64,000 bases of DNA from an uncultured Candidatus Saccharibacteria bacterium. Its GTDB lineage: Bacteria > Patescibacteriota > Minisyncoccia > UBA6257 > GWB1-50-10. Made by a program: the position numbers and the translations under genes. Below, piece by piece: positions 1-8,846 of the stretch (position 1 is its first letter; each line of letters begins with the position of its first letter). The DNA lies in NCBI GenBank assembly GCA_964357525.1, contig CAYHLH010000002.1, positions 5,287 to 69,286 on the forward strand, written 5' to 3'. The notes under the pieces are model-generated. The model saw nothing but the letters and a program-made list of their open reading frames with translations. It was not told the DNA's origin and ran no database searches.

Positions 1-1119
1 ACGGAAGAGAAAATTCCTTATGTCGTTGCCCTGACTAAAATTGATAAGCAGAACGCCGATGTGGAGAAGGCGAAGCAAAGCCTCACGAAAGCGGGCGTGT
101 ATCTCGAGGGGCTCGGCGGCAATGTTTCCTACCATGAGATTTCCGGAAAGACCGGCGAAGGCGTATCGGAGCTCCTGGATCTTTTGCTTCTAACAGCCGA
201 CATGGAGGATATCTCGGCGGACGCCGAAGCCGTGCCGAAAGGCGTCATTCTCATGAGCCGGCTTGATCCGCGTAAAGGCATAATCGTCGGAGGCATCGTC
301 AAAGACGGTACGCTCAGGCAGGGCGAGCCAATCGCGACGGAAACCGCAAAGGGAAAGGTAAAAACGCTTTCCACATTCCTCGGGAAAGCGGTTAAGGAAC
401 TTTCGCCGTCATCGCCCGCATTCATCACCGGATTCGAGACGCTTCCGGAGGTTGGGGAGATATTTTATGCCGGGGAAAGCGCCGCTGAGTTTTGCAAGGC
501 GGAAGACGGCAAGAAAAGGGAAGCTGTGCAGGAAATTCCGGAAAACGCCCTGACGGTGATGCTAAAAGCTGACGAAACAGGTTCATTGGACGCGTTGAGG
601 GGTATAATATGTTCAAAGGAACCGCTTCGTCCGATTGTGATTCTACGGGCTGACGTTGGGGATATTTACGAAGGCGACGTGAAGCTCGCGAAGACCTCCG
701 GCGCGCTCATCCTGGGGTTCAAGGTCAAGGTAGACAAGGCCGCGGATACGATGACGAAGAACGAACAGGTGACGATGCTCGTCTCGGACGTCATCTACGA
801 GCTCGAGGAGGCGCTCGAGAAGCACTTGAAGGAGGAATCCCCGGAGGCAATGCGCGCCTTCGAGGTACTGAAGATATTCGGCGAACCGAAGGGGAAGCAG
901 TATATCGTGGGCGGACGCGCCTCGAAGGGCACCGTCAACAATCAGGAGGCGTTCGAGCTGTGGCGCGTGGAGAAAAAGCTCGGCGAGGGGAGGATACTGA
1001 ACCTACAGACGGGGAAAGAGGACGTGCAGAGCATCGACGAGGGCGTCGAGGCCGGCATGCTCGTGGAAGCTTCCGTTCCCCCGGAAAAGGGGATGACGCT
1101 TCGGTTCCGCGGAAATTAA
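1..1119 (+). CDS. infB: Translation initiation factor IF-2, 5'-truncated by window edge
   Basis: G-domain tail (TKID upstream of the ORF call; ISGKTGEGV), 'LKADETGSLDAL', 'SDVIYEL'; followed by rbfA. Confidence 0.95.
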   Translation, partial: TEEKIPYVVALTKIDKQNADVEKAKQSLTKAGVYLEGLGGNVSYHEISGKTGEGVSELLDLLLLTADMEDISADAEAVPKGVILMSRLDPRKGIIVGGIVKDGTLRQGEPIATETAKGKVKTLSTFLGKAVKELSPSSPAFITGFETLPEVGEIFYAGESAAEFCKAEDGKKREAVQEIPENALTVMLKADETGSLDALRGIICSKEPLRPIVILRADVGDIYEGDVKLAKTSGALILGFKVKVDKAADTMTKNEQVTMLVSDVIYELEEALEKHLKEESPEAMRAFEVLKIFGEPKGKQYIVGGRASKGTVNNQEAFELWRVEKKLGEGRILNLQTGKEDVQSIDEGVEAGMLVEASVPPEKGMTLRFRGN

Positions 1120-1137
1120 TCTTATAATTCTATAAGG

Positions 1138-1470
1138 ATGCGCCCTTACAGGAACCTGAAGGTCGGAAGCGTATTGGAGCACGAACTTGCGAAGCTCCTC
1201 GCGAGGGATTTCCACGTGGAGGGCGCCCTGGTGACTCTTTCGGGCGTGGATGTTTCCGAGGATCTGTTGCACGCGACGGCGTACGTGAGTATCATTCCCT
1301 ACGAAAAGGAGATAGAGGTATATAAGGAGTTCGGGAAGCGGCGCGGGGAACTGGAACACCTTCTCTACAAGAAGATGAACATCCGTCCGTTCCCGCATCT
1401 GGAGTTCTCCGTCGATTCCCCCGACGAAAAACTCCGCGCGAAGAAGAGGGGCGGGGTGAAGAAATGGTGA
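1138..1470 (+). CDS. rbfA: Ribosome-binding factor A
   Basis: 'LVTLSGVDVSEDLLHATAYVS', 'IRPFPHLEFSVD'; synteny with infB. Confidence 0.92.
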   Translation: MRPYRNLKVGSVLEHELAKLLARDFHVEGALVTLSGVDVSEDLLHATAYVSIIPYEKEIEVYKEFGKRRGELEHLLYKKMNIRPFPHLEFSVDSPDEKLRAKKRGGVKKW

Positions 1471-1510
1471 CCCTCTGTAAAGTTTTCGAAAGAGAAATTT
1501 GCTACAAATG

Positions 1511-1536
1511 AGGCGCTGCATTTAAATGCAGCGCCT
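1511..1536. promoter_or_regulatory. 26-bp perfect palindrome abutting an extended -10 box (putative operator)
   Basis: AGGCGCTGCATTTAAATGCAGCGCCT followed by GTGGTATAAT (1537-1546). Confidence 0.8.
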
Positions 1537-1559
1537 GTGGTATAATGCAGTTATATCCT

Positions 1560-1934
1560 ATGGTGCGTGTAAATAAAACCCAGTTTCCGGAAAAACTTCG
1601 TGAAGAGTTGTGGGGAAAGTTTTCAAGCGAATTGAAAAACTCACCATCGTCGGAAGCACTTCTCAGAAAGTTGAGGATTGTCCTTACTCATGCTGAAATC
1701 ACCATGCTTGAGAAGCGCCTCGCGATTCCGATTCTCCTTGAACAGGGCAGGAGTTATCGGGAAATCGGCCGCATGATAGACGTGAGTTCCACGACAATCA
1801 ACTCCATCAAACATCATTTTGTGAAAAAGCCCGTGTCTCGCCATCGGTATACTTCATCATTGTCGAAGAAAAGTGCTTCACGGAGCCACCACTCATCAAA
1901 GGGCGTCGGGGCGGAGATTTGGAAAGCAAGGTAA
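1560..1934 (+). CDS. TrpR-like (YerC/YecD) helix-turn-helix protein, paralogue 1
   Basis: 'LTHAEITMLEKRLAIPILLEQGRSYREIGRMIDVSSTTI' fits the Trp-repressor family pattern; start chosen by match to paralogue 2 (MVRVNxTQFP). Confidence 0.8.
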   Translation: MVRVNKTQFPEKLREELWGKFSSELKNSPSSEALLRKLRIVLTHAEITMLEKRLAIPILLEQGRSYREIGRMIDVSSTTINSIKHHFVKKPVSRHRYTSSLSKKSASRSHHSSKGVGAEIWKAR

Positions 1935-1935
1935 A

Positions 1936-1975
1936 AAAAACAAACCGCTGCATTTAAATGTAGCGGTTTGTTTTT
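1936..1975. repeat. Second copy of the CGCTGCATTTAAATG(C/T)AGCG palindrome; probably also a bidirectional terminator
   Basis: AAAAACAAACCGCTGCATTTAAATGTAGCGGTTTGTTTTT. Confidence 0.8.
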
Positions 1976-2051
1976 ACCGAAAATGCCGTGTGGCAGCAAC
2001 GCCATTCGATGGAATTTCTTGAGATGGACTAGAGTTGTCGGTTGTTTCTTG

Positions 2052-2123
2052 AGGCCTGGGCGGGAATTGAACCCGCGCATAACGGTTTTGCAGACCGCTG
2101 CGTTACCACTTCGCCACCAGGCC
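2052..2123 (-). tRNA. tRNA-Cys(GCA)
   Basis: GGCCTGG acceptor, GCGGT-CTGCAAA-ACCGT anticodon arm, GGTTCAATTCC T-arm, U discriminator. Confidence 0.95.
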
Positions 2124-2201
2124 GCGTTCGTTATCTTATCATCGCTCCACACATTTGGAAAAGCGTGTTACAATCTCCCTAAACATCCGTTCTATATCAT
2201 A

Positions 2202-3290
2202 ATGAGGAAAATTTTCATACTCGCATTCGCCGCGTTTTTCGTATCCGGAACGGGCCTCGCCGCCGCGGCGTACCCCGTCGACGTGTGGCTTCCGTACTGG
2301 AAGAAGACGGAAGGCATCGCGGAGGCGACGCCGAACCTCGCGCCCATCTGGCGGGTGCATCCCTTCTCCTACGAGGTGCAGTCCGACGGCACCATAGTGG
2401 ACCTGTGGAACATGGACGAGATCGCGACGGACGATTTCTTCCTCGACGTCCGCGCCGCGAAGGCGAAGGTCGTGCCGACCATCGCGTGGCACAACGGAAC
2501 GGAGATCATGAATATCCTCTCGAGCTCCACCGCCCGCAAGGCGCATATCGACGGCATCGTGGCGCACGCGGAGGTTTACAGGTTCGACGGGGTGGACATC
2601 GATTACGAGGGGAAGCCGGCGGAGTCGCGCGAGCACTTCTCCGCGTTCCTGCAGGAGCTCTCCGCGCGCTTACGGGCCCAAAAGAAGATACTCTCGTGTA
2701 CCATCGAAGCGAGGACACCGCTCTCCTCGCGTTTCACCGTCATTCCGGCCGATCTGGAGTACGCGAATGACTACGTTGCCATCAACAGGTACTGCGATGA
2801 GGTGAACATCATGGCATACGACCAGAGGGACGTGGATATAATCCTTAACGCCCAGAAAGGGAAAGGCGGACTTCCCTACCTCCCCGTCGCCGACAGGGAG
2901 TGGGTGGAGAAGGTTATACAGGAAACCGTGAAAACCATAGACAAAAAGAAGATACGCCTCGGCGTACCGACATTCGGGTACGAGTACGAGATGGTGCTCG
3001 GGAAATCGGACACAGGCCTCGTTGCAGGCGGATACAGCCGCCTCAGGAGCATCACTTACAGGGATTTCGACGGCCTTGTGAAAGCGTCGGGGATGAAGCC
3101 CTTCCGGAACGCGGCGGGGGAGCTCTCGCTGTTCTACATTTCGGGGAATTCAATCCGCATCGCATGGATATCGGATTCGGAGGCGGTGAAGGCCAAGGTG
3201 GCGCTCGCGAAGAAGTACGGCCTCAAGGGCGTCGTTGTCTGGACCGCGAACGGGGAGAACGACCCCAACCTCTGGAAGGTCTTGAAGTAG
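2202..3290 (+). CDS. Secreted glycoside hydrolase family 18
   Basis: Signal peptide MRKIFILAFAAF; catalytic FDGVDIDYE; IMAYD; KKYGLKGVVVW. The ORF-track start at 1968 overlaps tRNA-Cys and was trimmed. Confidence 0.88.
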   Translation: MRKIFILAFAAFFVSGTGLAAAAYPVDVWLPYWKKTEGIAEATPNLAPIWRVHPFSYEVQSDGTIVDLWNMDEIATDDFFLDVRAAKAKVVPTIAWHNGTEIMNILSSSTARKAHIDGIVAHAEVYRFDGVDIDYEGKPAESREHFSAFLQELSARLRAQKKILSCTIEARTPLSSRFTVIPADLEYANDYVAINRYCDEVNIMAYDQRDVDIILNAQKGKGGLPYLPVADREWVEKVIQETVKTIDKKKIRLGVPTFGYEYEMVLGKSDTGLVAGGYSRLRSITYRDFDGLVKASGMKPFRNAAGELSLFYISGNSIRIAWISDSEAVKAKVALAKKYGLKGVVVWTANGENDPNLWKVLK

Positions 3291-3447
3291 ATTTCCGCCT
3301 TTTCCCCGAACATAAAAAGGCGTTTTTGACTAAAACGCCTTCCTGTGTTTTTATATGGAATTCATTGACTATAAGTTCATTTAGTGCTAAAAGAACATCA
3401 GTAATCAAATTTTATAAAAAGTAAATAATACAAGAAAAGGGGGCCCT

Positions 3448-4029
3448 ATGAGGTTTCTACGAAAAAGATGGAAAACGGTTCTTTTCATTCTCATCCTCGC
3501 AGGCTTCCTGGTTGTACTGAAAGACGCGCGGCAGGATTTTCTCTCTTATTTTCAGAGTTTCAATAGGTGGATTTTTCTCGAAAGTGTCGTTGTGGTAGTT
3601 ATCACTTTCGCGTTATTCAGCATTCTCTCCAAATGGAAATCGCCTGTGTTTGAACACAAGCTTCCGTGGGATTTTTCGACGGAATCCATGCTCGATTTTT
3701 CGGTGTGGGGATGGTTGCTTATAACGCTTTTTTTTCTGAACATTCCTTTTGTCGCAAAGATGGAAGAGCTCATATTCAGGGGAGATCTCTTCGGACGCGG
3801 AACCGCCGGTTGGGAAGAGGGAGTATGGAGAAGTATTTTATTTGGGTTTGTTCACTACGTATTTGGTGTACACGTGAAAACCGCAATACTCATAGTGTTT
3901 TTAGGGCTGTGGTTTACCTGGCATTATCTGCATGGCGGCGTGCCGGAATCCACGCTCTATCATGCAACTTTCAATTTCGCGGCATTGGCAATTTGGTTTT
4001 TCTCGTTTCTAGGTAAAGGTAATAAGTAA
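3448..4029 (+). CDS. CPBP (CAAX/Abi) intramembrane metalloprotease
   Basis: EELIFRG, FGFVH and HATFN motifs; multiple TM segments. Confidence 0.85.
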   Translation: MRFLRKRWKTVLFILILAGFLVVLKDARQDFLSYFQSFNRWIFLESVVVVVITFALFSILSKWKSPVFEHKLPWDFSTESMLDFSVWGWLLITLFFLNIPFVAKMEELIFRGDLFGRGTAGWEEGVWRSILFGFVHYVFGVHVKTAILIVFLGLWFTWHYLHGGVPESTLYHATFNFAALAIWFFSFLGKGNK

Positions 4030-4086
4030 AAATAAAAAATGGGCGGTTATTTCTAACCGCCCAAAAATTTTGTGTTGTAAGTTCCG

Positions 4087-4407
4087 TTACATCGCTATTA
4101 GGTCGCTGACCCGGCCGTCCTTTGTCCAAACCTTTATGTAACCTATTCCATCTTGTATCGGGGCTATGTTGTAGCCTTCTTTGAAATCGATGGTTTTTTG
4201 GTAACTTTGATCAAAACCGTAAAGTTCTAATTTAGTTACCTGGTTATCTGGGTTCGTTGAGTAAAGATTAACAGGTCCAATTCCACTCCAGTTCTGGGAT
4301 ACACTGTATACTGGGAGTGTATTGGTATTGTTGTTTGCTGATATTCCGAAGAATCCAACAATTATAACGACGAGAATAACGAGTGATGTGAAAAATACAG
4401 ATTTCAT
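4087..4407 (-). CDS. Small exported hypothetical protein, AT-rich
   Basis: N-terminal hydrophobic helix; AAGGAG SD upstream; hairpin at ~4037-4066 downstream. Confidence 0.6.
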   Translation of the reverse strand: MKSVFFTSLVILVVIIVGFFGISANNNTNTLPVYSVSQNWSGIGPVNLYSTNPDNQVTKLELYGFDQSYQKTIDFKEGYNIAPIQDGIGYIKVWTKDGRVSDLIAM

Positions 4408-4594
4408 TTGATTTTTCTCCTTATGATTAATTGTTTGTAATTAATGTTTTTAAAATAAACTCTTTAAAATATAATTGATATTTAATCAAGTATATTTTAT
4501 AGCTAAATATTAGCACACTATTATAATAATGTCAATACCCTTGGAAAAGGGGTAAAAAAGCCTCATTTTAGGGGTTTTTTGCTACAATGTGGGT

Positions 4595-4975
4595 ATGTTG
4601 CTCAAAAACAGGTTCGTTCCAATTCTGCTGGTCCTTTTGATTTTCGGTGTCGGCATATATCTCGCCTATATCTACACGTTTTCGGAGCGCGCCGGTCAGG
4701 AAACCTCTTCCGAGCGGAACGGCGCTTCCTCGCTTTCCGAGGCCTCGAAGGCGGCGGTGGATGCGTACCTAAGGGGGCACATTTCGGAGCTTTCCACGGA
4801 ACCCGAGGTGCTCGGCGGGAAGTTCTACGTGACGGACATCGCGTTCCTTTCCGACACCCGGGCCAGGGTGTGGTACGAGGACGGGCACAACGCGTTCAAG
4901 GCGGAATTCGATTTCTTCATCAATGCTGACAACGAGGTGCGGGAGGTGAATTTCAGGGTGATCCAACGTAACTGA
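4595..4975 (+). CDS. Membrane-anchored hypothetical protein
   Basis: N-terminal TM helix; leaderless TGCTACAAT-6nt-ATG. Confidence 0.7.
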   Translation: MLLKNRFVPILLVLLIFGVGIYLAYIYTFSERAGQETSSERNGASSLSEASKAAVDAYLRGHISELSTEPEVLGGKFYVTDIAFLSDTRARVWYEDGHNAFKAEFDFFINADNEVREVNFRVIQRN

Positions 4976-5018
4976 CTGTTGCGTAATTCCACTAAATTCG
5001 TAGAGTAATACTGCCTGT

Positions 5019-5090
5019 GGCCCCATCGTCTAGTGGTTAGGACAACGCTCTTTCAAGGCGTAAACACGGGTCCGATTCCCGTTGGGGCTG
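5019..5090 (+). tRNA. tRNA-Glu(TTC)
   Basis: GGCCCCA/TGGGGCT acceptor; ACGCT-CTTTCAA-GGCGT; T-loop reads TCCGAT. Confidence 0.93.
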
Positions 5091-5250
5091 CAAACACAAA
5101 AATCTCCTAATCAAGGAGATTTTTGTGTTTGCTTTCCTAGGAATCGGACCGTTTTACCCCCGTGTCGGATTGAATTGAAAACCGAGGGTTTTCAAAGTCA
5201 GGGGGTCGGGGGCAAAACATGTGTTTATGTCCGATTCCCGTTGGGGCTGC
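5091..5250 (+). repeat. Structured element ending in a 22-bp duplicate of the tRNA-Glu 3' end
   Basis: Hairpin, then GGAATCGGAC (antisense to the T-arm, 5140-5149), internal hairpins, then GTCCGATTCCCGTTGGGGCTGC at 5229-5250. Confidence 0.8.
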
Positions 5251-5277
5251 TAAAAAAAAGTGGTATAATTACGGCAT

Positions 5278-5877
5278 ATGACCCGTCACCGGAAGAGGGG
5301 CACACACCGCGACGAGCGCGCTCCGGAAGCGCAAAGGGTTCCCGCGCATCCGGCGCACCACGTCCAGCCTCAAAAGCCGCATGAAGCGCACCGCCTCCCC
5401 GCAAGGCCGGCGCCCGGGCGGAAGATCTCCTGGAGGGCGGCGGAATTCCATTATTTTGAGAAGGATTATCTGTGGTATGTCTGGGCGGTTTTCACAGGGG
5501 TCGTGCTTCTCGCATTCGCGCTTTGGCAGAGGAATTTCTTCTTTGCGGTGTTCGTCGTCATTGCGACGGTGCTCTTCGTCGAGTTCGGCAAGCGCAGGCC
5601 GAGGACACTGGATTATGAGCTTAACGAGAAGGAGGTTCTGATAGACGGGAGGATGTCGATCCCCTACAAATCCATCGAGAGTTTCCACGTGAGGAAGCGA
5701 CTGGGGCTTCTCGACGAGGTCGTCTTCAAACGCGCCACGCGGGTGAATCCGTTCATCCACCTGCCCATCGACGAGGAACTTGCCGTACGGGCGCGGGAGT
5801 TCCTCCTCGAATTCCTGCCCGAAGACGAGCACGAACAGACCATCGTGGAGATCATCGCGGAGCGCATCGGATTCTGA
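5278..5877 (+). CDS. Two-TM membrane protein of a conserved CPR-type family (DUF5673-like)
   Basis: 'ISWRAAEFHYFEK..W', two TM helices, soluble tail; leaderless TGGTATAAT upstream. Confidence 0.6.
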   Translation: MTRHRKRGTHRDERAPEAQRVPAHPAHHVQPQKPHEAHRLPARPAPGRKISWRAAEFHYFEKDYLWYVWAVFTGVVLLAFALWQRNFFFAVFVVIATVLFVEFGKRRPRTLDYELNEKEVLIDGRMSIPYKSIESFHVRKRLGLLDEVVFKRATRVNPFIHLPIDEELAVRAREFLLEFLPEDEHEQTIVEIIAERIGF

Positions 5878-5910
5878 TTTATTGACTTTGTTCAGATTTT
5901 GTACTAAAGT

Positions 5911-7173
5911 ATGACCATGATAGAACTCAAGTCGGTCGAAAATCCTCCCGAAAAGCCGAAAGCTCCCGAGGAGGAGATCGAAGCCGCTCCCGCCGCAAAG
6001 GACGTCCCGAAGCCGCTTCGCGACATTCCAGAGGTGAAGAGCCGTTGGGAGAGATTCCGCGACAAGACGAAGGAAAAACTCGCCGCCGTATACGAGAAAA
6101 CCGGCCTTGCGGACACGGTTGACCGCGCGAAGGTTGTGGTGAACCGCGCCATGATGAAATTTCACGTGAATGATGCCGTCGTGTACACGAAAAAGCTCGG
6201 AGAGCGCAACCAGAATATAGAATTCCTGCAGAAGAAATTCGACGATTACGACTCGAGCATAAAGAAGATGAAGGAACTCGGTGTCCACGGGGACAAGGAG
6301 GTGAGCGCGGACCTCGGGAAAGAGAGGATGAAGCTCGCCGAGAAGATAGATAAGGAGAAGAAGAAGGCCGACAGGATCCAGTCGAAACTGGAGGTGAAAA
6401 ACCTCAAGAAGGAAAGGTATGAAGGACGCGTCGGCGACATCTGCGAGAAGGCGAAGAACAGGATTGACAGGCATTTGAACCCGTTCGAACAGAAGCTCGG
6501 CGAGCTGAAGCTCGAGCGTGAAAGCCTGAAATCCGAGATCGTGAGCTTCAAGGACACGCGCGGGCGCTTTACGGAAGAGATAAAAACGCTGGAAGCGGCC
6601 GCAAAGGGCGCGGTGTGGAAAACGGAGAAGATGGCGTATGAAGCGAAGATAAAGGAGATAAAGAAGACCATAGGGAAGGCGGACGCCATGGTGGAAAAGA
6701 AGATGAAAGAAAGGACGAAGATAGAGAAGGGGATCGCCGCGAACGAGAAAAACGCGAATCCGTGGCGCGACAAGCGGAATGAGTTCGCGCGGTTCACAAA
6801 GATAGAATCGCCCGACACTTCCGTCCCGAAGAAGAAAACCGAGGAGTTCGGCGCCAGAAGTGGCGGAACCGAAAAATCGGGACCCGAGGGATCGGCGGCG
6901 GAGAAGTTCGGAGAAAAAGCGGAAAAATTCGAAACCCCGAAGCTCATCGCCTTGTGGAACAAGCACTTCGGTTCGGAGCTCTCACTTACACCGCAGATAT
7001 TGGAGAAGTTGGGCGGTTTTTCCGCGAAGCGGATGAGCGCGGATTACTTTTTGAACCTTGCTGGGCTTTATGACGCGAACATTCACGGAGCGAAGGGCCC
7101 GCAGAGGAGGGAATTCGACGATAAGGCATCGATGTTCCGGAAAATAGTCGACCGGCACGCGGGAGAAATGTAA
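5911..7173 (+). CDS. Lys/Glu-rich coiled-coil hypothetical protein
   Basis: 420-aa ORF, charged heptad-rich composition. Confidence 0.7.
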   Translation: MTMIELKSVENPPEKPKAPEEEIEAAPAAKDVPKPLRDIPEVKSRWERFRDKTKEKLAAVYEKTGLADTVDRAKVVVNRAMMKFHVNDAVVYTKKLGERNQNIEFLQKKFDDYDSSIKKMKELGVHGDKEVSADLGKERMKLAEKIDKEKKKADRIQSKLEVKNLKKERYEGRVGDICEKAKNRIDRHLNPFEQKLGELKLERESLKSEIVSFKDTRGRFTEEIKTLEAAAKGAVWKTEKMAYEAKIKEIKKTIGKADAMVEKKMKERTKIEKGIAANEKNANPWRDKRNEFARFTKIESPDTSVPKKKTEEFGARSGGTEKSGPEGSAAEKFGEKAEKFETPKLIALWNKHFGSELSLTPQILEKLGGFSAKRMSADYFLNLAGLYDANIHGAKGPQRREFDDKASMFRKIVDRHAGEM

Positions 7174-7181
7174 CTCTGCAT

Positions 7182-7442
7182 ATGACCACACCACAGGACG
7201 AACGCGATCTGGTTGCCCACGCGAGCGGCCTTTTGAGGGAGATAGAGGAAGCCATGAAAAGCTTCGATGCGAAGACCTCGGACATCGTCTCGCGCGCCGA
7301 AAAGCTTATCAAGGAACTGGATGCGACCGACCTTACGAAGGAGATCGAGGCAATCGAGCGGGACGCCGTGAAGGAAATCGACGAGGCAACCTTCGATTAC
7401 GCCGAGGAGACGGACAAGCTCGGCGAAGACGAGGAGGAATAA
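7182..7442 (+). CDS. Small acidic helical hypothetical protein
   Basis: Follows the coiled-coil gene; hairpin at 7455-7496 downstream. Confidence 0.6.
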   Translation: MTTPQDERDLVAHASGLLREIEEAMKSFDAKTSDIVSRAEKLIKELDATDLTKEIEAIERDAVKEIDEATFDYAEETDKLGEDEEE

Positions 7443-7497
7443 CTTCAATCTCCCAAAGCAAAATGCCCCGGCAATCGAGCCGGGGCATTTTGCTTTG

Positions 7498-7569
7498 TGC
7501 CCTCGAGGGGATTCGAACCTCTATTACAAGATCCGCAATCTTGCGTCCTATCCATTGAACGACGAGGGC
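7498..7569 (-). tRNA. tRNA-Arg(GCG)
   Basis: GCCCTCG acceptor; CAAGA-TTGCGGA-TCTTG; GGTTCGAATCC. Confidence 0.93.
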
Positions 7570-7613
7570 CGCCGGGACTTTTAAAGGATAGAGCCGAATG
7601 CCGAAAAAATCCA

Positions 7614-7650
7614 CCCAGTAGAATCACGGCTGCGCCGTAGCTCTACCGGG
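7614..7650. mobile_element. Minimal CCCRGTA...TACYGGG inverted-repeat element
   Basis: CCCAGTAGAATCACGGCTGCGCCGTAGCTCTACCGGG flanked by TCCA/CCCA. Confidence 0.45.
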
Positions 7651-7687
7651 CCCACCCCTTTTCGGAGGTTTTTCCTCTCTTGCTATA

Positions 7688-8293
7688 ATGAAACCCACGT
7701 CACGAAAGACGGATTTGCACGTTATGCATTCAGAGAGGAGTAAAAAGTTGGTGGATCTGATATCCCGCGCCAAGGCGGGGGACGCAAGTGCGCTCGACGC
7801 GATATACCGCGCCTATTTCACCCCGGTGTACCGCTACGTGTTCATACGCGTAGGAGGGCGCCGCGCGGAGGCGGAGGATGTCACGCAGGACGCCTTCGTG
7901 AAGATAATGAAGAACCTCCATCGCTTCGAGGATAGGGGTAAAGATCCCCTTGCATACTTCTTCACGGTGGCGAGGACGACGCTTATAGACCGCTTGCGCC
8001 GACGGCGCGAGACGGTGTTTTCGGAGATGGAAGCCGCCGACGCCCCATTCGATGTTCCGGATGAGCGCGCGGATGCGCCAGAAATCCTGTACCGCGGGTT
8101 CATGGTGGAAGAGGCGGTGCGGGCGATGGGATCCCTCACCGATGCGGAACGCGAGGCGATCACGCTCCGGTTCTTCGGTGAACTCTCGACCGTAGAGATC
8201 GCTGCCCTCATGGGGAAGTCGGAGGACGCGGTGCGCCAGCTCCAAAGCAGGGGCTTGAGGGCGCTCGCAAAGAAATTGAAACATCATGCTTGA
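7688..8293 (+). CDS. ECF RNA polymerase sigma factor (true start may be ~7723)
   Basis: Region 2 'AEDVTQDAFVK', 'YFFTVARTTLIDRLRR'; region 4 'LSTVEIAALMGKSEDAVRQLQSRGLRAL'. Confidence 0.92.
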   Translation: MKPTSRKTDLHVMHSERSKKLVDLISRAKAGDASALDAIYRAYFTPVYRYVFIRVGGRRAEAEDVTQDAFVKIMKNLHRFEDRGKDPLAYFFTVARTTLIDRLRRRRETVFSEMEAADAPFDVPDERADAPEILYRGFMVEEAVRAMGSLTDAEREAITLRFFGELSTVEIAALMGKSEDAVRQLQSRGLRALAKKLKHHA

Positions 8294-8846
8294 AGAAAAG
8301 GACATATACCGCGAGGCGCTTGCCGCGCTCGAGCGCGGAGAAACGCTCGATTCGCTTCGCGGCCGATTTTCGAAAGCCGAGCTTGAAGAGGCGGGGCGGG
8401 TGTTTTCCGCGCTCGCGCATGCGAAAAGGGACATCGTTCCCGACGCGAACGCGCTCCGGGACGCCGTGTTTAAAGAAAACCGCGCCGTTTCCCTCGCGTC
8501 GATTGCGGGGGTCAATTGGAGGATAGCGGTTCCGTTAGGGGCGTTCGCGGTGCTCCTTCTCGCGTTCGTCTTCGGCGCGCAGCGGTTTCCGAAGCCCGCC
8601 GAGGAGGCGGCGAATCTGCAAGGCGGGAAAACCGCTTCTCCCGAATGGGGGAACGGCTCGGTTGCCGCTCTTGAGGAGCCCCTCCCAAAGGCCACGGGGA
8701 ACGTGGATGACGCGGTTGCCGCGCTCTTCGCGGACATGGAGCAGGAATCCGCCGCGCTCGGAAGCCAGGCAGATGCGGAGATATCTGTGGCGGAGAGCGA
8801 ATACGGAGAATTGAATTCCTTCAATTATGGAGAAACGCAGATATAA
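8286..8846 (+). CDS. Putative single-TM anti-sigma factor
   Basis: Overlaps the sigma stop; cytoplasmic N-terminus, one TM helix. Confidence 0.55.
   Translation: MLEEKDIYREALAALERGETLDSLRGRFSKAELEEAGRVFSALAHAKRDIVPDANALRDAVFKENRAVSLASIAGVNWRIAVPLGAFAVLLLAFVFGAQRFPKPAEEAANLQGGKTASPEWGNGSVAALEEPLPKATGNVDDAVAALFADMEQESAALGSQADAEISVAESEYGELNSFNYGETQI

Noticed and set aside
1968-2201. N-terminal extension of the GH18 ORF
   Set aside because: It is antisense to tRNA-Cys; the signal peptide begins at 2202.
5269-6966. 565-aa minus-strand ORF and similar long antisense ORFs (32103-33638, 7730-8824, 34107-35159)
   Set aside because: They are shadows of GC3-rich plus-strand genes with no recognisable motifs.
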